In this document: piece by piece, positions 28,079 to 37,702 of the stretch | Numbering within the stretch: the stretch's first letter is position 1 | Layout of the letters: every line of letters begins with the position of its first letter | Source of the DNA: Dehalococcoidia bacterium | GTDB taxonomy: Bacteria; Chloroflexota; Dehalococcoidia; UBA2979 | Length of the DNA stretch: 64,000 nucleotides | Direction: 5' to 3' | NCBI GenBank assembly: GCA_965219085.1 | Contig: OZ244720.1 | Span: 1,152,001 to 1,216,000, forward strand | The notes under the pieces: model-generated | The model's database searches: none | Told to the model about the DNA's origin: nothing | What the model saw: the letters and a program-made list of their open reading frames with translations, nothing else | Translations under genes and position numbers: made by a program

Positions 28079-29371
28079 CAGGGTGCTGAAAAAGGCGCGG
28101 CCATCTGGCAGGATAGCGAAGGCGGCGGGGGCGTAGCCTGGGAGGCAGCCCCGTGCGAGGCGACGCCGAGCGCCAGACCAACATGTTGCTGGCGGTGACG
28201 CCGGACTCCTTCATCCCGGACGACCACCCGATCCGACGCATCAAGCCGATCGTCGATGCAGCGCTGCAGCGGCTCTCGCCGCTCTTCGGCACGATGTACG
28301 CAACGAGCGGGCGGCCCTCGATCCCGCCCGAGCACCTGCTCAAGGCGAGCCTGCTGATCGCGCTCTACTCGATCCGCAGCGAGCGCCAGTTCTGCGAGCG
28401 GCTGCGCTACGACCTGCTCTTCAAGTGGTTCTTGGACCTCAACATCTCAGACGCGCCGTTCGACGCCTCGAGCTTCTCGAAGAACCGCGAGCGCCTGCTC
28501 GCAGCCGATGTCGCGCGCGCCTTCTTCGCCGAGGTGGTGGCCGAGGCAAAGCGCCGCCGGCTGCTCTCCGCCGAGCACTTCACCGTGGACGGGACGCTGC
28601 TGGAGGCCTGGGCCTCGCTCAAGAGCTACCGCCCGCGCGACGGGCAGGAGCCACCCCCGGGCGGACGCAACCCGGACGTGGACTTCCGCGGGCGGCGGCG
28701 CAGCCGCGATACGCATAGCTCCGGCACCGACCCGCAGGCGCAGCTGTACACAAAGGGAGCGGGGCAGACGGCGAAACTGAGCTACATGGGCCATCTGCTC
28801 ACCGAGAACCGTCACGGCCTGGTGCTGGACGTGGAGTTGACCGAGGCGAACGGGTACGCCGAGCGCGAGGCCGCGGTCACGATGCTGGAGCGCAGCGTGA
28901 GCGGCTGCGGGACGCTGGGCGCCGACCGCGGCTACGACACGCGCGACTTCGTGGCGGAACTGCGCGCGCGCGGCGTGACGCCGCACGTGGCGCAAAACGA
29001 CCGCGGCCGCCGCAGCGCCGTGGACGGGCGCACCACGCGGCATCGCGGCTACAGGCAGAGTCAGCAGCGGCGCAAGATCGTGGAGCAGGTCTTCGGCTGG
29101 ATGAAGACCGTGGGCGGCGGGCGCAAGCTGCGTTTCGTGGGCCGCGAGCGCAACCGCGGCTGGCTGGAGCTCACCGCCGCCGCCTACAACCTCGTGCGCA
29201 TGGCCAGGCTCGAACTCGCCCCTGCGTAGGCGCAGTGCGCCCTCCGGCCGGTCCGGGAGCCCTCAGAGGCCCCCGGGGGCAGGTCAGGAGGCCACCATCA
29301 CGAAGCCGGAGGCGGCTTCAAGCCGCCTCTCGCCACTCCGAGACCCCGGAAGGCGCTTCTTCAGCACCCTG
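28079..29371 (+). mobile_element. Intact IS5-family element (CAGGGTGCTGAA ends)
   Basis: IRs cagggtgctgaa / ttcagcaccctg; TTAG duplication at 28075-28078 and 29372-29375. Confidence 0.95.
28153..29229 (+). CDS. IS5-family DDE transposase (DUF772-type N-terminus)
   Basis: DHPIRRI, GRPSIPPEHLL, YSIRSERQ, VDGTLLEAWASLKSY, GADRGYD, RKIVEQVFGWMK. Confidence 0.93.
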   Translation: MRGDAERQTNMLLAVTPDSFIPDDHPIRRIKPIVDAALQRLSPLFGTMYATSGRPSIPPEHLLKASLLIALYSIRSERQFCERLRYDLLFKWFLDLNISDAPFDASSFSKNRERLLAADVARAFFAEVVAEAKRRRLLSAEHFTVDGTLLEAWASLKSYRPRDGQEPPPGGRNPDVDFRGRRRSRDTHSSGTDPQAQLYTKGAGQTAKLSYMGHLLTENRHGLVLDVELTEANGYAEREAAVTMLERSVSGCGTLGADRGYDTRDFVAELRARGVTPHVAQNDRGRRSAVDGRTTRHRGYRQSQQRRKIVEQVFGWMKTVGGGRKLRFVGRERNRGWLELTAAAYNLVRMARLELAPA

Positions 29372-29592
29372 TTAGAGCCCGTCACGGCGGACCATGCGCA
29401 GCGCGCACGCCGCGCGTGGCGGCGGTTCGGGAAGGGCAACCACCCGGCGGGGCTGAACTTCGGTGACTGCTTCGCCTACGCGCTCGCCGAGGCCGCGCGT
29501 GAGCCGCTGCTGTTCAAGGGCGAGGACTTCGCGCTCACCGACATCGACGCGGCCTGAAACCTCATCCCGCCACGCCGCGAGGAGCGCACCAG

Positions 29593-30471
29593 ATGCCCGA
29601 CGCCCGCGCTCGCCACGTCGTGCTGACCGGGGCGACCTCGGGCATCGGCCTCGCGGCGGCGCGAGGTCTCGCCGCCGCGGGCGCGCGCCTCACGCTCGTC
29701 GGGCGCGACGAGGCGCGGCTGGCCGCGCTCGCCTTGGAGCTCGGGGGCGGCCCGGAGTCGGGTGGCGCGGACTGGGTCGCCGCCGACCTCGCGAGCCTCG
29801 CGCAGACGCGGGCCGCGGCGGCCGAGATCCGCGAGCGTCACGACCGCGTCGACGTGCTCATCAACAACGCCGGCGGCATGTTCCGCCACCGTGAGGAGAC
29901 CGCCGAGGGCATCGAGTTGACGCTCGCGCTCAACCACCTCTCGCCGTTCGTGCTCACCTCGGAGCTGCTGCCGCTGCTCCGCGCCGCGGCGGACGCCGAC
30001 CGCGGCTTCGGGGCGCGCATCGTCAACGTCGCGTCGAGCGCGCACCGCTCCGGCGTGCGCTGGGACGATATCCAGTGCGAGCGCGACTACTCGCTGATAC
30101 GCGCGTACGGGCAGAGCAAGGCGCTGATGGTGATGACCACCATCGAGCTGGCCCGACGCCTCGAGGGGTCAGGCGTCGCCGCGAACAGCATGCACCCGGG
30201 CGTCGTGCGCACCGGCATCGTGCAAAAGTCGGGCCACGGGATCGTCGGCACGCTGATCGTGCTCGGCGGGTACATCGTGCTCGCCACGCCGAGACGCGGC
30301 GCGTCGCACCTCGTGCGGCTCGCGCTCTCGGACGAGGTGGCGGGCGTGACCGGTACCTACTGGAACAAACGCCGCGTCGAGGAGCCGTCCGAGGAGGCTC
30401 GCGATCGCGGGAACCAGGAGCGGGCGTGGCGGCTGTCGGAGCAACTCGCCGGGATGACGGCGACCGCCTGA
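29593..30471 (+). CDS. SDR oxidoreductase (retinol-dehydrogenase-like)
   Basis: TGATSGIG, NNAG, YGQSK, HPGVVRT. Confidence 0.93.
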   Translation: MPDARARHVVLTGATSGIGLAAARGLAAAGARLTLVGRDEARLAALALELGGGPESGGADWVAADLASLAQTRAAAAEIRERHDRVDVLINNAGGMFRHREETAEGIELTLALNHLSPFVLTSELLPLLRAAADADRGFGARIVNVASSAHRSGVRWDDIQCERDYSLIRAYGQSKALMVMTTIELARRLEGSGVAANSMHPGVVRTGIVQKSGHGIVGTLIVLGGYIVLATPRRGASHLVRLALSDEVAGVTGTYWNKRRVEEPSEEARDRGNQERAWRLSEQLAGMTATA

Positions 30472-30485
30472 GCCCTCGGCGCTAC
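30464..30485 (+). repeat. 22-bp direct repeat flanking the DUF433/DUF5615 module (partner 31133-31154)
   Basis: ccgcctgagCcctcggcgctac versus ccgcctgagGcctcggcgctac; left copy contains the SDR stop, right copy contains the MFS stop. Confidence 0.8.
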
Positions 30486-30840
30486 ACCTCTTCGCTGCCT
30501 CCCGGCCGAACTCGTACTCGCCTCCGCGTCACGACGGCTGTCTTCGCGCATCGCCTCGGAGTACTCGTCAATGAGATGACGCATGGCAGTGACCTTCTCG
30601 GCGACTGACATCTCGGTGAAGCGAATGATGCACGGGTGCGGCAGCCGGCGTACGAAGACAAGCTCGCCAAGTCCTTGTCTTCGGTGATCAGTATCCGATG
30701 CTCTCCGAAAGCCATCCCAGGCAACTCGTCGTAGTAGCCCGAGGCGCCCCGTCCAACGCTGACAGCACATCATGGCCCAGGCCCGCGAGGGTGCCGTGCA
30801 TGCGGCGAGACGCAGCACACGCGTCGAGGAGAAACCTCAA
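30482..30840 (-). pseudogene. DUF5615 PIN-like toxin, multiply frameshifted
   Basis: LRFLLDAC...LGHDV... / RILITEDKD / GELVFVRRLPHPCIIRF / VVTRRRVRVR lie in different frames. Confidence 0.75.
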
Positions 30841-31090
30841 GACTCGCGGACGGGCACGAGCTCTGCACTCGCTCACCGGCGATGGAGCGGTGAGCGAAGA
30901 TCAGGCACGCCTGGATGTCTTCCGGCTCCAGCGCCGGGTACTCGCGGAGGATGGTCTCGGCGGAGTCTCCAGCCGCCAGCATCCCCAACACATGCTCCGC
31001 GGCGATGCGCATGTCGCGGATGATCGGCTTCCCGCCGAGCACGCCCGCGCGAACCGTGATGCGATCCAGAAGCTCGGGTTGAGATGTCAC
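30770..31090 (-). CDS. DUF433 antitoxin-like protein (3' end possibly frameshifted)
   Basis: DRITVRAGVLGGKPIIRDMRI...LAAGDSAETILREYPALEPEDIQACL. Confidence 0.85.
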   Translation of the reverse strand: MTSQPELLDRITVRAGVLGGKPIIRDMRIAAEHVLGMLAAGDSAETILREYPALEPEDIQACLIFAHRSIAGERVQSSCPSASLEVSPRRVCCVSPHARHPRGPGP

Positions 31091-31150
31091 TGGCGTCCCC
31101 CTGTTCCGGACTCCCCCTCGTTCTCGCGGAGCCCGCCTGAGGCCTCGGCG

Positions 31151-32452
31151 CTACGCCGCCACGTCCTCCGCCGCGCGCGCCGGCATCGGCGCGAACGCCG
31201 CGATGACCGTCGCGATCGCGGCGATGCAGCCCGAGTAGACCACGACGCCGTGGAAGTCCCACTGCGTGTTGATGGCCCCGGCGACCACGGGCGAGATCGC
31301 GCCGACGATCGCACCGCCCGTGAACAGCATCGCCACCGCCGAGCCCTCGCTGCCCCCGGCCACCGACTCCATCGCCGCCGCCATCATGATCGAGTTGACC
31401 GAGAAGAGCACGATGCCGAGCAGCGCGAGCGCGACCGTCAGCCCCACCCCGCGATCGACCCACAGGAACGCGAAGAGCAGCAGCGTCATCGTGATCAGCC
31501 CGAACATGATCACCGGCCGCCGCCCGATGCGGTCTGAGACCGCCCCCATCACCGGCCCGGCGAGGATGCCGAGCAGCGTCAGCAGCCCGAGGTGGAACCC
31601 CACGGCCACGTCGGAGTAGCCGAGGTCCTCGTTCATGTAGAGCACGAGGAACGTCGCGAAGGAGAGGTGCGCCATCCCGCGCAGCGCCGTCACCGCGACC
31701 AGCGCGAGCACCGTCGTGTTGCGGAACAGCGGGCGCGCCGTGGCGAGGTACTCGCGCAGCTGCAGGCTCATCTGCCCCGCGCTCTCCGCGGACTTGAAAC
31801 GCATGAGGATGACGACCCCGGTCAGGATCGCCGGGCCGACGTGCAAAAGCGCGACCGTGCGCCAGTCGAAGCCGCCCCACTGCAAGCCGGCGAAGCTCAC
31901 GCCGCCGAGCAGCACGCCGATCACGAATGGCGCCGAGGAGTCGCCGATCGACCCGCCGGAGCGGTGCGCGGCGATCGCGAACGCGCGGCGCTCCGGGTAG
32001 CGCACGGCGAGCTCGGTGAACGCGGGCGCGTGCCACATCGACGTGCCCGCTCCGGCGACTGCGACGGCCACGAGGACGAACCAGTAGTTCGAGGCGAGCC
32101 CGACGGCGGCGTAGCCGAAGGCGAGGCAGGCCATGCTGCCGGCGAGCATGAACGCGATGCGGCTGCGGAACATGTCGGTGAACATGCCGGCCGGGATGTT
32201 CATCGCGCCCATCGCCGCCGCGCGCACGCCGATGATGCCGCCGGCGGCGACGTCGCTCAGCAGCAGCGCCTCCTTGATGTGGGGGAGGAGCAGCAGCAGC
32301 GTCTGCTGGTAGAAGTGCTTGACGCCGTGCCCGGCCGACAGCCCGACCATGAGCCGCATGCTCCGCGGCGGGCGCGACGCGGGCGTCGGCGCCTGCGGGC
32401 GCTCCTCGCCAGGTGCGGGGACCGGCGTGGGGGTGCGTTCGGCGGTGGCCAT
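31151..32452 (-). CDS. MFS transporter
   Basis: About 12 TM segments; GAVSDRIGRRP motif. Confidence 0.9.
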   Translation of the reverse strand: MATAERTPTPVPAPGEERPQAPTPASRPPRSMRLMVGLSAGHGVKHFYQQTLLLLLPHIKEALLLSDVAAGGIIGVRAAAMGAMNIPAGMFTDMFRSRIAFMLAGSMACLAFGYAAVGLASNYWFVLVAVAVAGAGTSMWHAPAFTELAVRYPERRAFAIAAHRSGGSIGDSSAPFVIGVLLGGVSFAGLQWGGFDWRTVALLHVGPAILTGVVILMRFKSAESAGQMSLQLREYLATARPLFRNTTVLALVAVTALRGMAHLSFATFLVLYMNEDLGYSDVAVGFHLGLLTLLGILAGPVMGAVSDRIGRRPVIMFGLITMTLLLFAFLWVDRGVGLTVALALLGIVLFSVNSIMMAAAMESVAGGSEGSAVAMLFTGGAIVGAISPVVAGAINTQWDFHGVVVYSGCIAAIATVIAAFAPMPARAAEDVAA

Positions 32453-32686
32453 GGCGGCTAGGGTACCGCCCGCGTCGAGCGGCCGGGTCGCATCATTGGA
32501 ATGGTTACCGGAATCGCGCCGCGTGCATCACAGCTCGAGTTACCGAACGGCACGACGACACACCCTGCACAGGCAACCGGATCAACGCTGCCATTGAGCA
32601 GTTCATCCGCTGGTGGCAACGAGGGTGCGGGTGGGGCGGGGTGGGCTCACACTCGCAGGCCGACCACGGGTCGGCTCACGCCCGGC

Positions 32687-33097
32687 CTATCGGAGCAGGG
32701 CGGTGAAGCCCGCCTGCTCGAAGTCCCGGTCGTAGGCGAGCGCCTCGGTGATGCTCCGCTCTTCCATGACGAGGAAGCTTGCGCAGTCCGTGAGGCTCCA
32801 CGTCTGGTCGGGCCGGGCGGCGTAGTGCTCGACGGCGGCACTGAACTGGGCGTCCGTCTGCGGGACGATCTCCACGTCGGGTCTGGCTTGCAGGTTTCGG
32901 ACCATCTCCACGGCAAGGCTCCGAAGGTAATCACCTCCACGTGACGCGTAGTTGAGGACCTCGGCTATGACCATCTGGGTCGTCACAGTGCCGAACAACC
33001 CCAGACCCGCGGCCACCGTCCTCGCCCGCTCGTGCAACGGGTCCCTGCTGTCCAGGTTCGCTATGAAGTACCCCGCGTCAGCGAACACCACGTTCAT
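32687..33097 (-). CDS. PIN-domain (VapC-like) toxin
   Basis: VFADAGYFIA...D.LH...SLTDCASFLVMEERSITEALAYDRDFEQAGF. Confidence 0.9.
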   Translation of the reverse strand: MNVVFADAGYFIANLDSRDPLHERARTVAAGLGLFGTVTTQMVIAEVLNYASRGGDYLRSLAVEMVRNLQARPDVEIVPQTDAQFSAAVEHYAARPDQTWSLTDCASFLVMEERSITEALAYDRDFEQAGFTALLR

Positions 33098-33351
33098 CAG
33101 TCTTCGACCTTCGGGTGTCCGTACAGGTAGTGCTTGTAGTTCCTGGCCCCATCGGTCGGCATGTCGTCCCACGCCTCCGGCGGGACGGAATTCCTGAGCC
33201 TGTCGAACATCTCCACGAGAGATTCATGCGCCCCGCCGGGCAGCTGCGCGGCCTCAATGGACACCGTCACCTCCTCGCCCTCATCGAGGTCAAGAGGCTC
33301 CACGGGCGTGAGCACGCCATTGGCGTACGTGGCTCTGACGGTTGTAGTCAT
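33097..33351 (-). CDS. AF2212/DUF104-like antitoxin
   Basis: VRATYANGVLTPVEPLDLDEGEEVTV...PTDGARNYKHYLYG; stop/start overlap with the PIN gene. Confidence 0.85.
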   Translation of the reverse strand: MTTTVRATYANGVLTPVEPLDLDEGEEVTVSIEAAQLPGGAHESLVEMFDRLRNSVPPEAWDDMPTDGARNYKHYLYGHPKVED

Positions 33352-33447
33352 GGCTGATCTTCCCGGAGCGCGTATCTGCCCCTATCCTACCGCGCCGACC
33401 TCGGTAACACTCACTGATGGCGCACTGCGGCTGCTTGGTGGCGCGCC

Positions 33448-33516
33448 CCCTCGCTGTAGCCTCACGACGCGCTCCATTACGATCGCGGTCACGCGAGGAG
33501 CGACCGCGACCGCGAC
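33448..33516 (+). repeat. Orphan duplicate of the upstream region and start of the R-M gene (partner 34335-34403)
   Basis: 69 bp with 5 mismatches; GTG start changed to GCG in the orphan; weaker similarity continues (ASAFAARK versus AAAFAAKW). Confidence 0.88.
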
Positions 33517-33557
33517 CGCGGGCGTCGCCGCCTCGGCGTTCGCCGCGAGGAAGGGCT

Positions 33558-34346
33558 ATGTCGCTGCACCTGGTTACATGGAACGTCCAGTGGGCTACCC
33601 CTCGCTCACCGCGGCGCACTGAAATCCTGACCCGCATCGACCGGGCACGCCCCGAGGTCATCCGTCTCACTGAGACGGATGTCGGGCTGCTGTCTCAACG
33701 CGGGCACACGATCTGCTCGCAACCCGACTATGGGTACCCGATCCGGGAAGGGTGGCGGAAGGTCATGCTCTGGTCCCGGGAATCCTGGGAGCAGGTGGAT
33801 GACGCGGGACACCATTCGATGCCGCCGGGGCGGTTCGTGTCCGGCGTCACGCATACATCGCTCGGCCCGGTCACCGTCGTCGGGGTCTGCATTCCCTGGT
33901 TCCGATCACGTGCCGAGGCCAGGCGCGGGCCGGAACGCAGGAAGCCGTGGGAGGACCACGAACGCTATCTGGCCGGTCTCACTGCAGTCCTGCGACGCGC
34001 GCCTACGGAGCGCCTGATCGTCATGGGCGACTTCAATCAGATCGTTGGGCCGGGCAGCCGCGCACCTCTTGAGTTGCGATCGGCACTGCAGCAGGCCTTC
34101 CCACCAGGCATGCGCATTGCTACGTCGGATCTGACCTTCGAGGGCCGGAAGAGCATCGACCACCTTGCACTGAGCGACGACCTGGCAGTCGAGTGCCTCG
34201 ACGTCATCAGCAACAAGCACGACGGGCCGAGGCTGTCAGACCACTTCGGGGTCGTCGCTGCACTGTCCGCCCGGAACGCGCTCGACCGCCCCTGCCGAGC
34301 CGACGACCGCCGAGCCGACGACCGGGGAGCCGCGCCCTCGCTGTAG
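33558..34346 (+). CDS. Endonuclease/exonuclease/phosphatase (EEP) family protein
   Basis: LVTWNV, LTE, MGDFN, SIDH, LSDH motifs; RBS gaggaaggg. Confidence 0.88.
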   Translation: MSLHLVTWNVQWATPRSPRRTEILTRIDRARPEVIRLTETDVGLLSQRGHTICSQPDYGYPIREGWRKVMLWSRESWEQVDDAGHHSMPPGRFVSGVTHTSLGPVTVVGVCIPWFRSRAEARRGPERRKPWEDHERYLAGLTAVLRRAPTERLIVMGDFNQIVGPGSRAPLELRSALQQAFPPGMRIATSDLTFEGRKSIDHLALSDDLAVECLDVISNKHDGPRLSDHFGVVAALSARNALDRPCRADDRRADDRGAAPSL

Positions 34347-34392
34347 CCTCGCGACGCGCTCCATTACGATCGCGTTCAAGCGAGGAGCGCCC

Positions 34393-37347
34393 GTGACCGC
34401 GACGCCCGACACCTCCGCAGCCGCCTTCGCCGCCAAGTGGCGCGAGAACGCGCGCCGCGAGCGACCGGCGTCGCAGGAGCACTTCATCGACCTCTGCCGC
34501 CTGCTCGGCGTGCAGACTCCCAACGAGGCCGACCCCGTGGGCGAGTGGTACGCGTTCGAGGCGGGCGCGGAACGGACCAGCACCGGCCGGCAGGGCCGCG
34601 CCGACGTCTGGAAGCGCGAGCACTTCGGCTGGGAGTACAAGGGCGCCCACGCCGACCTCGCCGCGGCGTACCGCCAGCTCCTCGACTACCGCGAGGACCT
34701 CGAGAACCCGCCCGCGCTCGTCGTCAGCGACATGGACCTGATCGAGGTCCACACCAACTTCACCGGCACCCGCCCCGACATCCACCGCGTCACCCTCGAC
34801 GACCTCGATGCCGGCGGCGACCGCACGGCCGATGCGCTGCGCGTGCTGCGCGCCGTCATGCTCGAGCCGGAGGCGCTGCGGCCCGAGCAGACGCCCGACG
34901 AGATCACCGAGCTCGCCGCGGCGCGCTTCGCCGAGATCGCTCGGTCCATGCACGAGCGCGGGCACGAGCCGGAGGCGGTCGCGCACCACCTCAACCGCGT
35001 CGTCTTCTGCCTGTTCGCCGAGGACGCCCGGCTGCTGCCGGAGCGCGTGCTCACCGGCATGATCGAGTCGCGGCGCGGCGACCCCGGCGAGTTCGACCGA
35101 GGGCTCGCCGAGCTCTTCCGCCTCATGTCGGACCGCGCGGCCGGGCGCTTCTTCGGCAACGAGCGCGTCGAGTGGTTCAACGGCGGGCTCTTCGACGGCG
35201 CCGAGGTGATCCCGTGCACCGCCGAGGAGCTGCGCGCGATGCACGACGCGGCGCTGCTCGACTGGTCGCGCGTGGAGCCGGCGATCCTCGGCACGCTGTT
35301 CGAGCGCGGGCTGGACCCCGACAAGCGCGGGCAGCTCGGCGCGCACTACACGGACCACGAGAAGATCCTGATGGTCGTCGAGCCGGTCGTGCTCGACCCG
35401 CTGCGCCGCGAGTTCGCGGCGATGCAGGCGCGCGTCGAAGAGCTGGCGGGCGGCCAGGAGCCGAGCCCGCCCTTGCGCGACGGCCGCCGCCGCCCGCGCA
35501 GCGGCCGATTCCGCCTGGAACCGTGGGAGCAAGACAGTGAGGACGCGTGGCGCGCGTTCCTCGATCGGCTGCGCGCGGTGCGCGTGCTGGACCCGGCGTG
35601 CGGGTCGGGCAACTTCCTGTACGTGACGCTGCGGCTGCTCAAGGATCTGGAGCAGGAGGTGATCGGCTGGGGGACGGACCGGCTGCGCATCCCGCGCGAG
35701 TTCCCGCAGGTGGGGCCGCACAACGTGCTGGGCATCGAGCTGAACGCGTACGCGAGGGAGCTGGCGGGCGTCTCGATCTGGATCGGGCACATCCAGTGGA
35801 TGCTGGACCACGGCTACGGCTTCCCGCGCAACCCGGTGCTGCAGCCCCTCCACAACATCGAGCAGCGCGACGCGATCCTCGCCCGCGACGCCGAGGGCGC
35901 GCCGGTCCCGGCCACGTGGCCGACGGCTGAGTTCGTCGTCGGCAACCCGCCGTTCCTGGGCGGCGGCGGAGGTCGGCTTCGTTCGGCGCTCGGTGACGAC
36001 TACCTCACCTTCCTATGGGAAGCATGGGAGGGCGCAGTCGCCCGGGAGTCTGACCTCGTGTGCTACTGGCACGAGTTGGCGAGGGAGCAAATCGTAGCTG
36101 GCCTCACTTCTCGCGCTGGGTTGCTAGCCACGAACTCCGTCCGCGGAGGTCCGAATCGCCGCACGCTCGAACGGATCCGGGACTCCGGTCAGATCTTCAT
36201 GGCCTGGTCGGATGAGCCCTGGATAGTCGAGGGAGCAGCCGTCCGAGTCGCGATCGTCGCGCAAGACGACGGCTCGGAGTCACAGCGGGCGCTCGATGGT
36301 CACGCGGTCCCCGCGATCAACAGCGATCTCACGGGTGAACTCGATCTCACGCTGGCACGCGCTCTGCCAGAGAATTCGGGGACTTCCTTCAGAGGTGACA
36401 CAAAGGGGGGCGGGTTCGACATCGACGGCGACCTTGCCCGTGAAATGCTGAGGCAGCCGACAAACATCAACGGCCGCCCGAACGCCGACGTGATCGTGCC
36501 ATGGGTGAACGGGCGCGACGTCACGGCTCGGTCGCGCGGGATGTTCATCATTGACTTCGGGACAGAACTCTCAGAGGTCGAGGCCGCCGCCTATGAGTCA
36601 CCGTTTGCGCATGTCGAGGCGAACGTTCAGCCGGCGCGCGCCACGAATAGGCGTACCGCGTACCGAGAGCGCTGGTGGCGACACATCGAACCGCGGCCGG
36701 GGATGAGAAGCGCTCTGGCCCCGCTCTCGCGTTTCATTGTGACTACGATGGTGGCGAAGCACCGCACGTTCGTCTGGCTCTCTGCGCCGACACTCCCGGA
36801 TCAACAAGTCATCGTCATCGCGCGGGAGGACGACTACGCGTTTGGGGTGCTGCACTCGCGGGCGCACGAACTGTGGTCGCTGCGCATGGGGACGTGGCTC
36901 GGCGTCGGCAACGACCCGCGCTACACGCCCACCTCGACGTTCGAGACGTTCCCCTTCCCGTGGCCCCTCGACACCCCCGACGAGGCGCTGAGCGACGCGC
37001 AGCGCGCGCACCGCGACGCCATCGCCGAGGCGGCGCGGGCGCTCGACGAGGCGCGGCGGCGCTGGCTCAACCCGCCCGAGTGGGTGCGCGAGGAGCCCGA
37101 CGTGGTCCCCTCGCTGCCCCCGCGCCTGCTCCCTGTCGACGAGGACGCCGAGCGCGAGCTGCGCAAGCGCACGCTGACCAACCTCTACAACGCCCGCCCG
37201 GCGTGGCTCGCCCACCTCCACACCACCCTCGACGCCACCGTGTTCGCGGCGTACGGCTGGCCGGAGGCGGGGGCGCCCGCCGAGTTGGGGGAGGAGGAGC
37301 TGCTGGGGCGGCTGCTGGCGCTGAATTTCGAGCGGGCGGAGCCGTAA
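34393..37347 (+). CDS. Type IIG/IIL (MmeI-like) fused restriction endonuclease-adenine methyltransferase
   Basis: N-terminal PD-(D/E)xK-like ADVWKREHFGWEYK; GAHYT; motif I VLDPACGSGNFL; motif IV VGNPPF; C-terminal RYTPTSTFETFPFP and RTLTNLYN. Confidence 0.9.
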   Translation: MTATPDTSAAAFAAKWRENARRERPASQEHFIDLCRLLGVQTPNEADPVGEWYAFEAGAERTSTGRQGRADVWKREHFGWEYKGAHADLAAAYRQLLDYREDLENPPALVVSDMDLIEVHTNFTGTRPDIHRVTLDDLDAGGDRTADALRVLRAVMLEPEALRPEQTPDEITELAAARFAEIARSMHERGHEPEAVAHHLNRVVFCLFAEDARLLPERVLTGMIESRRGDPGEFDRGLAELFRLMSDRAAGRFFGNERVEWFNGGLFDGAEVIPCTAEELRAMHDAALLDWSRVEPAILGTLFERGLDPDKRGQLGAHYTDHEKILMVVEPVVLDPLRREFAAMQARVEELAGGQEPSPPLRDGRRRPRSGRFRLEPWEQDSEDAWRAFLDRLRAVRVLDPACGSGNFLYVTLRLLKDLEQEVIGWGTDRLRIPREFPQVGPHNVLGIELNAYARELAGVSIWIGHIQWMLDHGYGFPRNPVLQPLHNIEQRDAILARDAEGAPVPATWPTAEFVVGNPPFLGGGGGRLRSALGDDYLTFLWEAWEGAVARESDLVCYWHELAREQIVAGLTSRAGLLATNSVRGGPNRRTLERIRDSGQIFMAWSDEPWIVEGAAVRVAIVAQDDGSESQRALDGHAVPAINSDLTGELDLTLARALPENSGTSFRGDTKGGGFDIDGDLAREMLRQPTNINGRPNADVIVPWVNGRDVTARSRGMFIIDFGTELSEVEAAAYESPFAHVEANVQPARATNRRTAYRERWWRHIEPRPGMRSALAPLSRFIVTTMVAKHRTFVWLSAPTLPDQQVIVIAREDDYAFGVLHSRAHELWSLRMGTWLGVGNDPRYTPTSTFETFPFPWPLDTPDEALSDAQRAHRDAIAEAARALDEARRRWLNPPEWVREEPDVVPSLPPRLLPVDEDAERELRKRTLTNLYNARPAWLAHLHTTLDATVFAAYGWPEAGAPAELGEEELLGRLLALNFERAEP

Positions 37348-37416
37348 GCGACACCCCCGACCTGGCAGGGGCGTGGTGCTACACTCGATCCGGTCGCGAA
37401 TCGAGCGGAGCTCCGG

Positions 37417-37698
37417 ATGGACGTCAAGGAAGCGGTTGCGGTGGCAAAGGGCTACGTCACGCAGCTCTACGTCGGCGAAGAGATCACCGATGTAGGCCTC
37501 GAGGAGGTCGAATTCGACCAGTTGTCCAATCAGTGGAGCGTGACGATAGGCTTCTTCCGGCCGTGGAACCGCACGTTGCCGGAAGCTTTAGCCCTGGCTC
37601 GCCGCGCGTCCGCACGCTCCTACAAGGTGCTTCGGATCGATGACAACAGCGGCGAAGTGAAGTCGCTCAAGGACCGCATCCTGACCGCCGCGCAGTGA
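37417..37698 (+). CDS. Hypothetical protein, probable partner of the downstream PIN protein
   Basis: MDVKEAVAVAK...VGLEEVEFD...WSVTIGF...RSYKVLRIDD; 4 bp from the PIN gene. Confidence 0.75.
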   Translation: MDVKEAVAVAKGYVTQLYVGEEITDVGLEEVEFDQLSNQWSVTIGFFRPWNRTLPEALALARRASARSYKVLRIDDNSGEVKSLKDRILTAAQ

Positions 37699-37702
37699 GC
37701 CC

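Larger units (their letters stand above)
27874..29557 (+). pseudogene. VapC PIN toxin interrupted by an IS
   Basis: MIVDTSALVAVL...RAPIEL|EPVTADH...FGKGNHPAGLNFGDCFAYALA...PLLFKGEDF; frame restored on removing 28079-29375. Confidence 0.93.

Noticed and set aside
32453-32686. Possible gene fragment or RNA in the intergenic region
   Set aside because: No recognisable motif, repeat or convincing structure.
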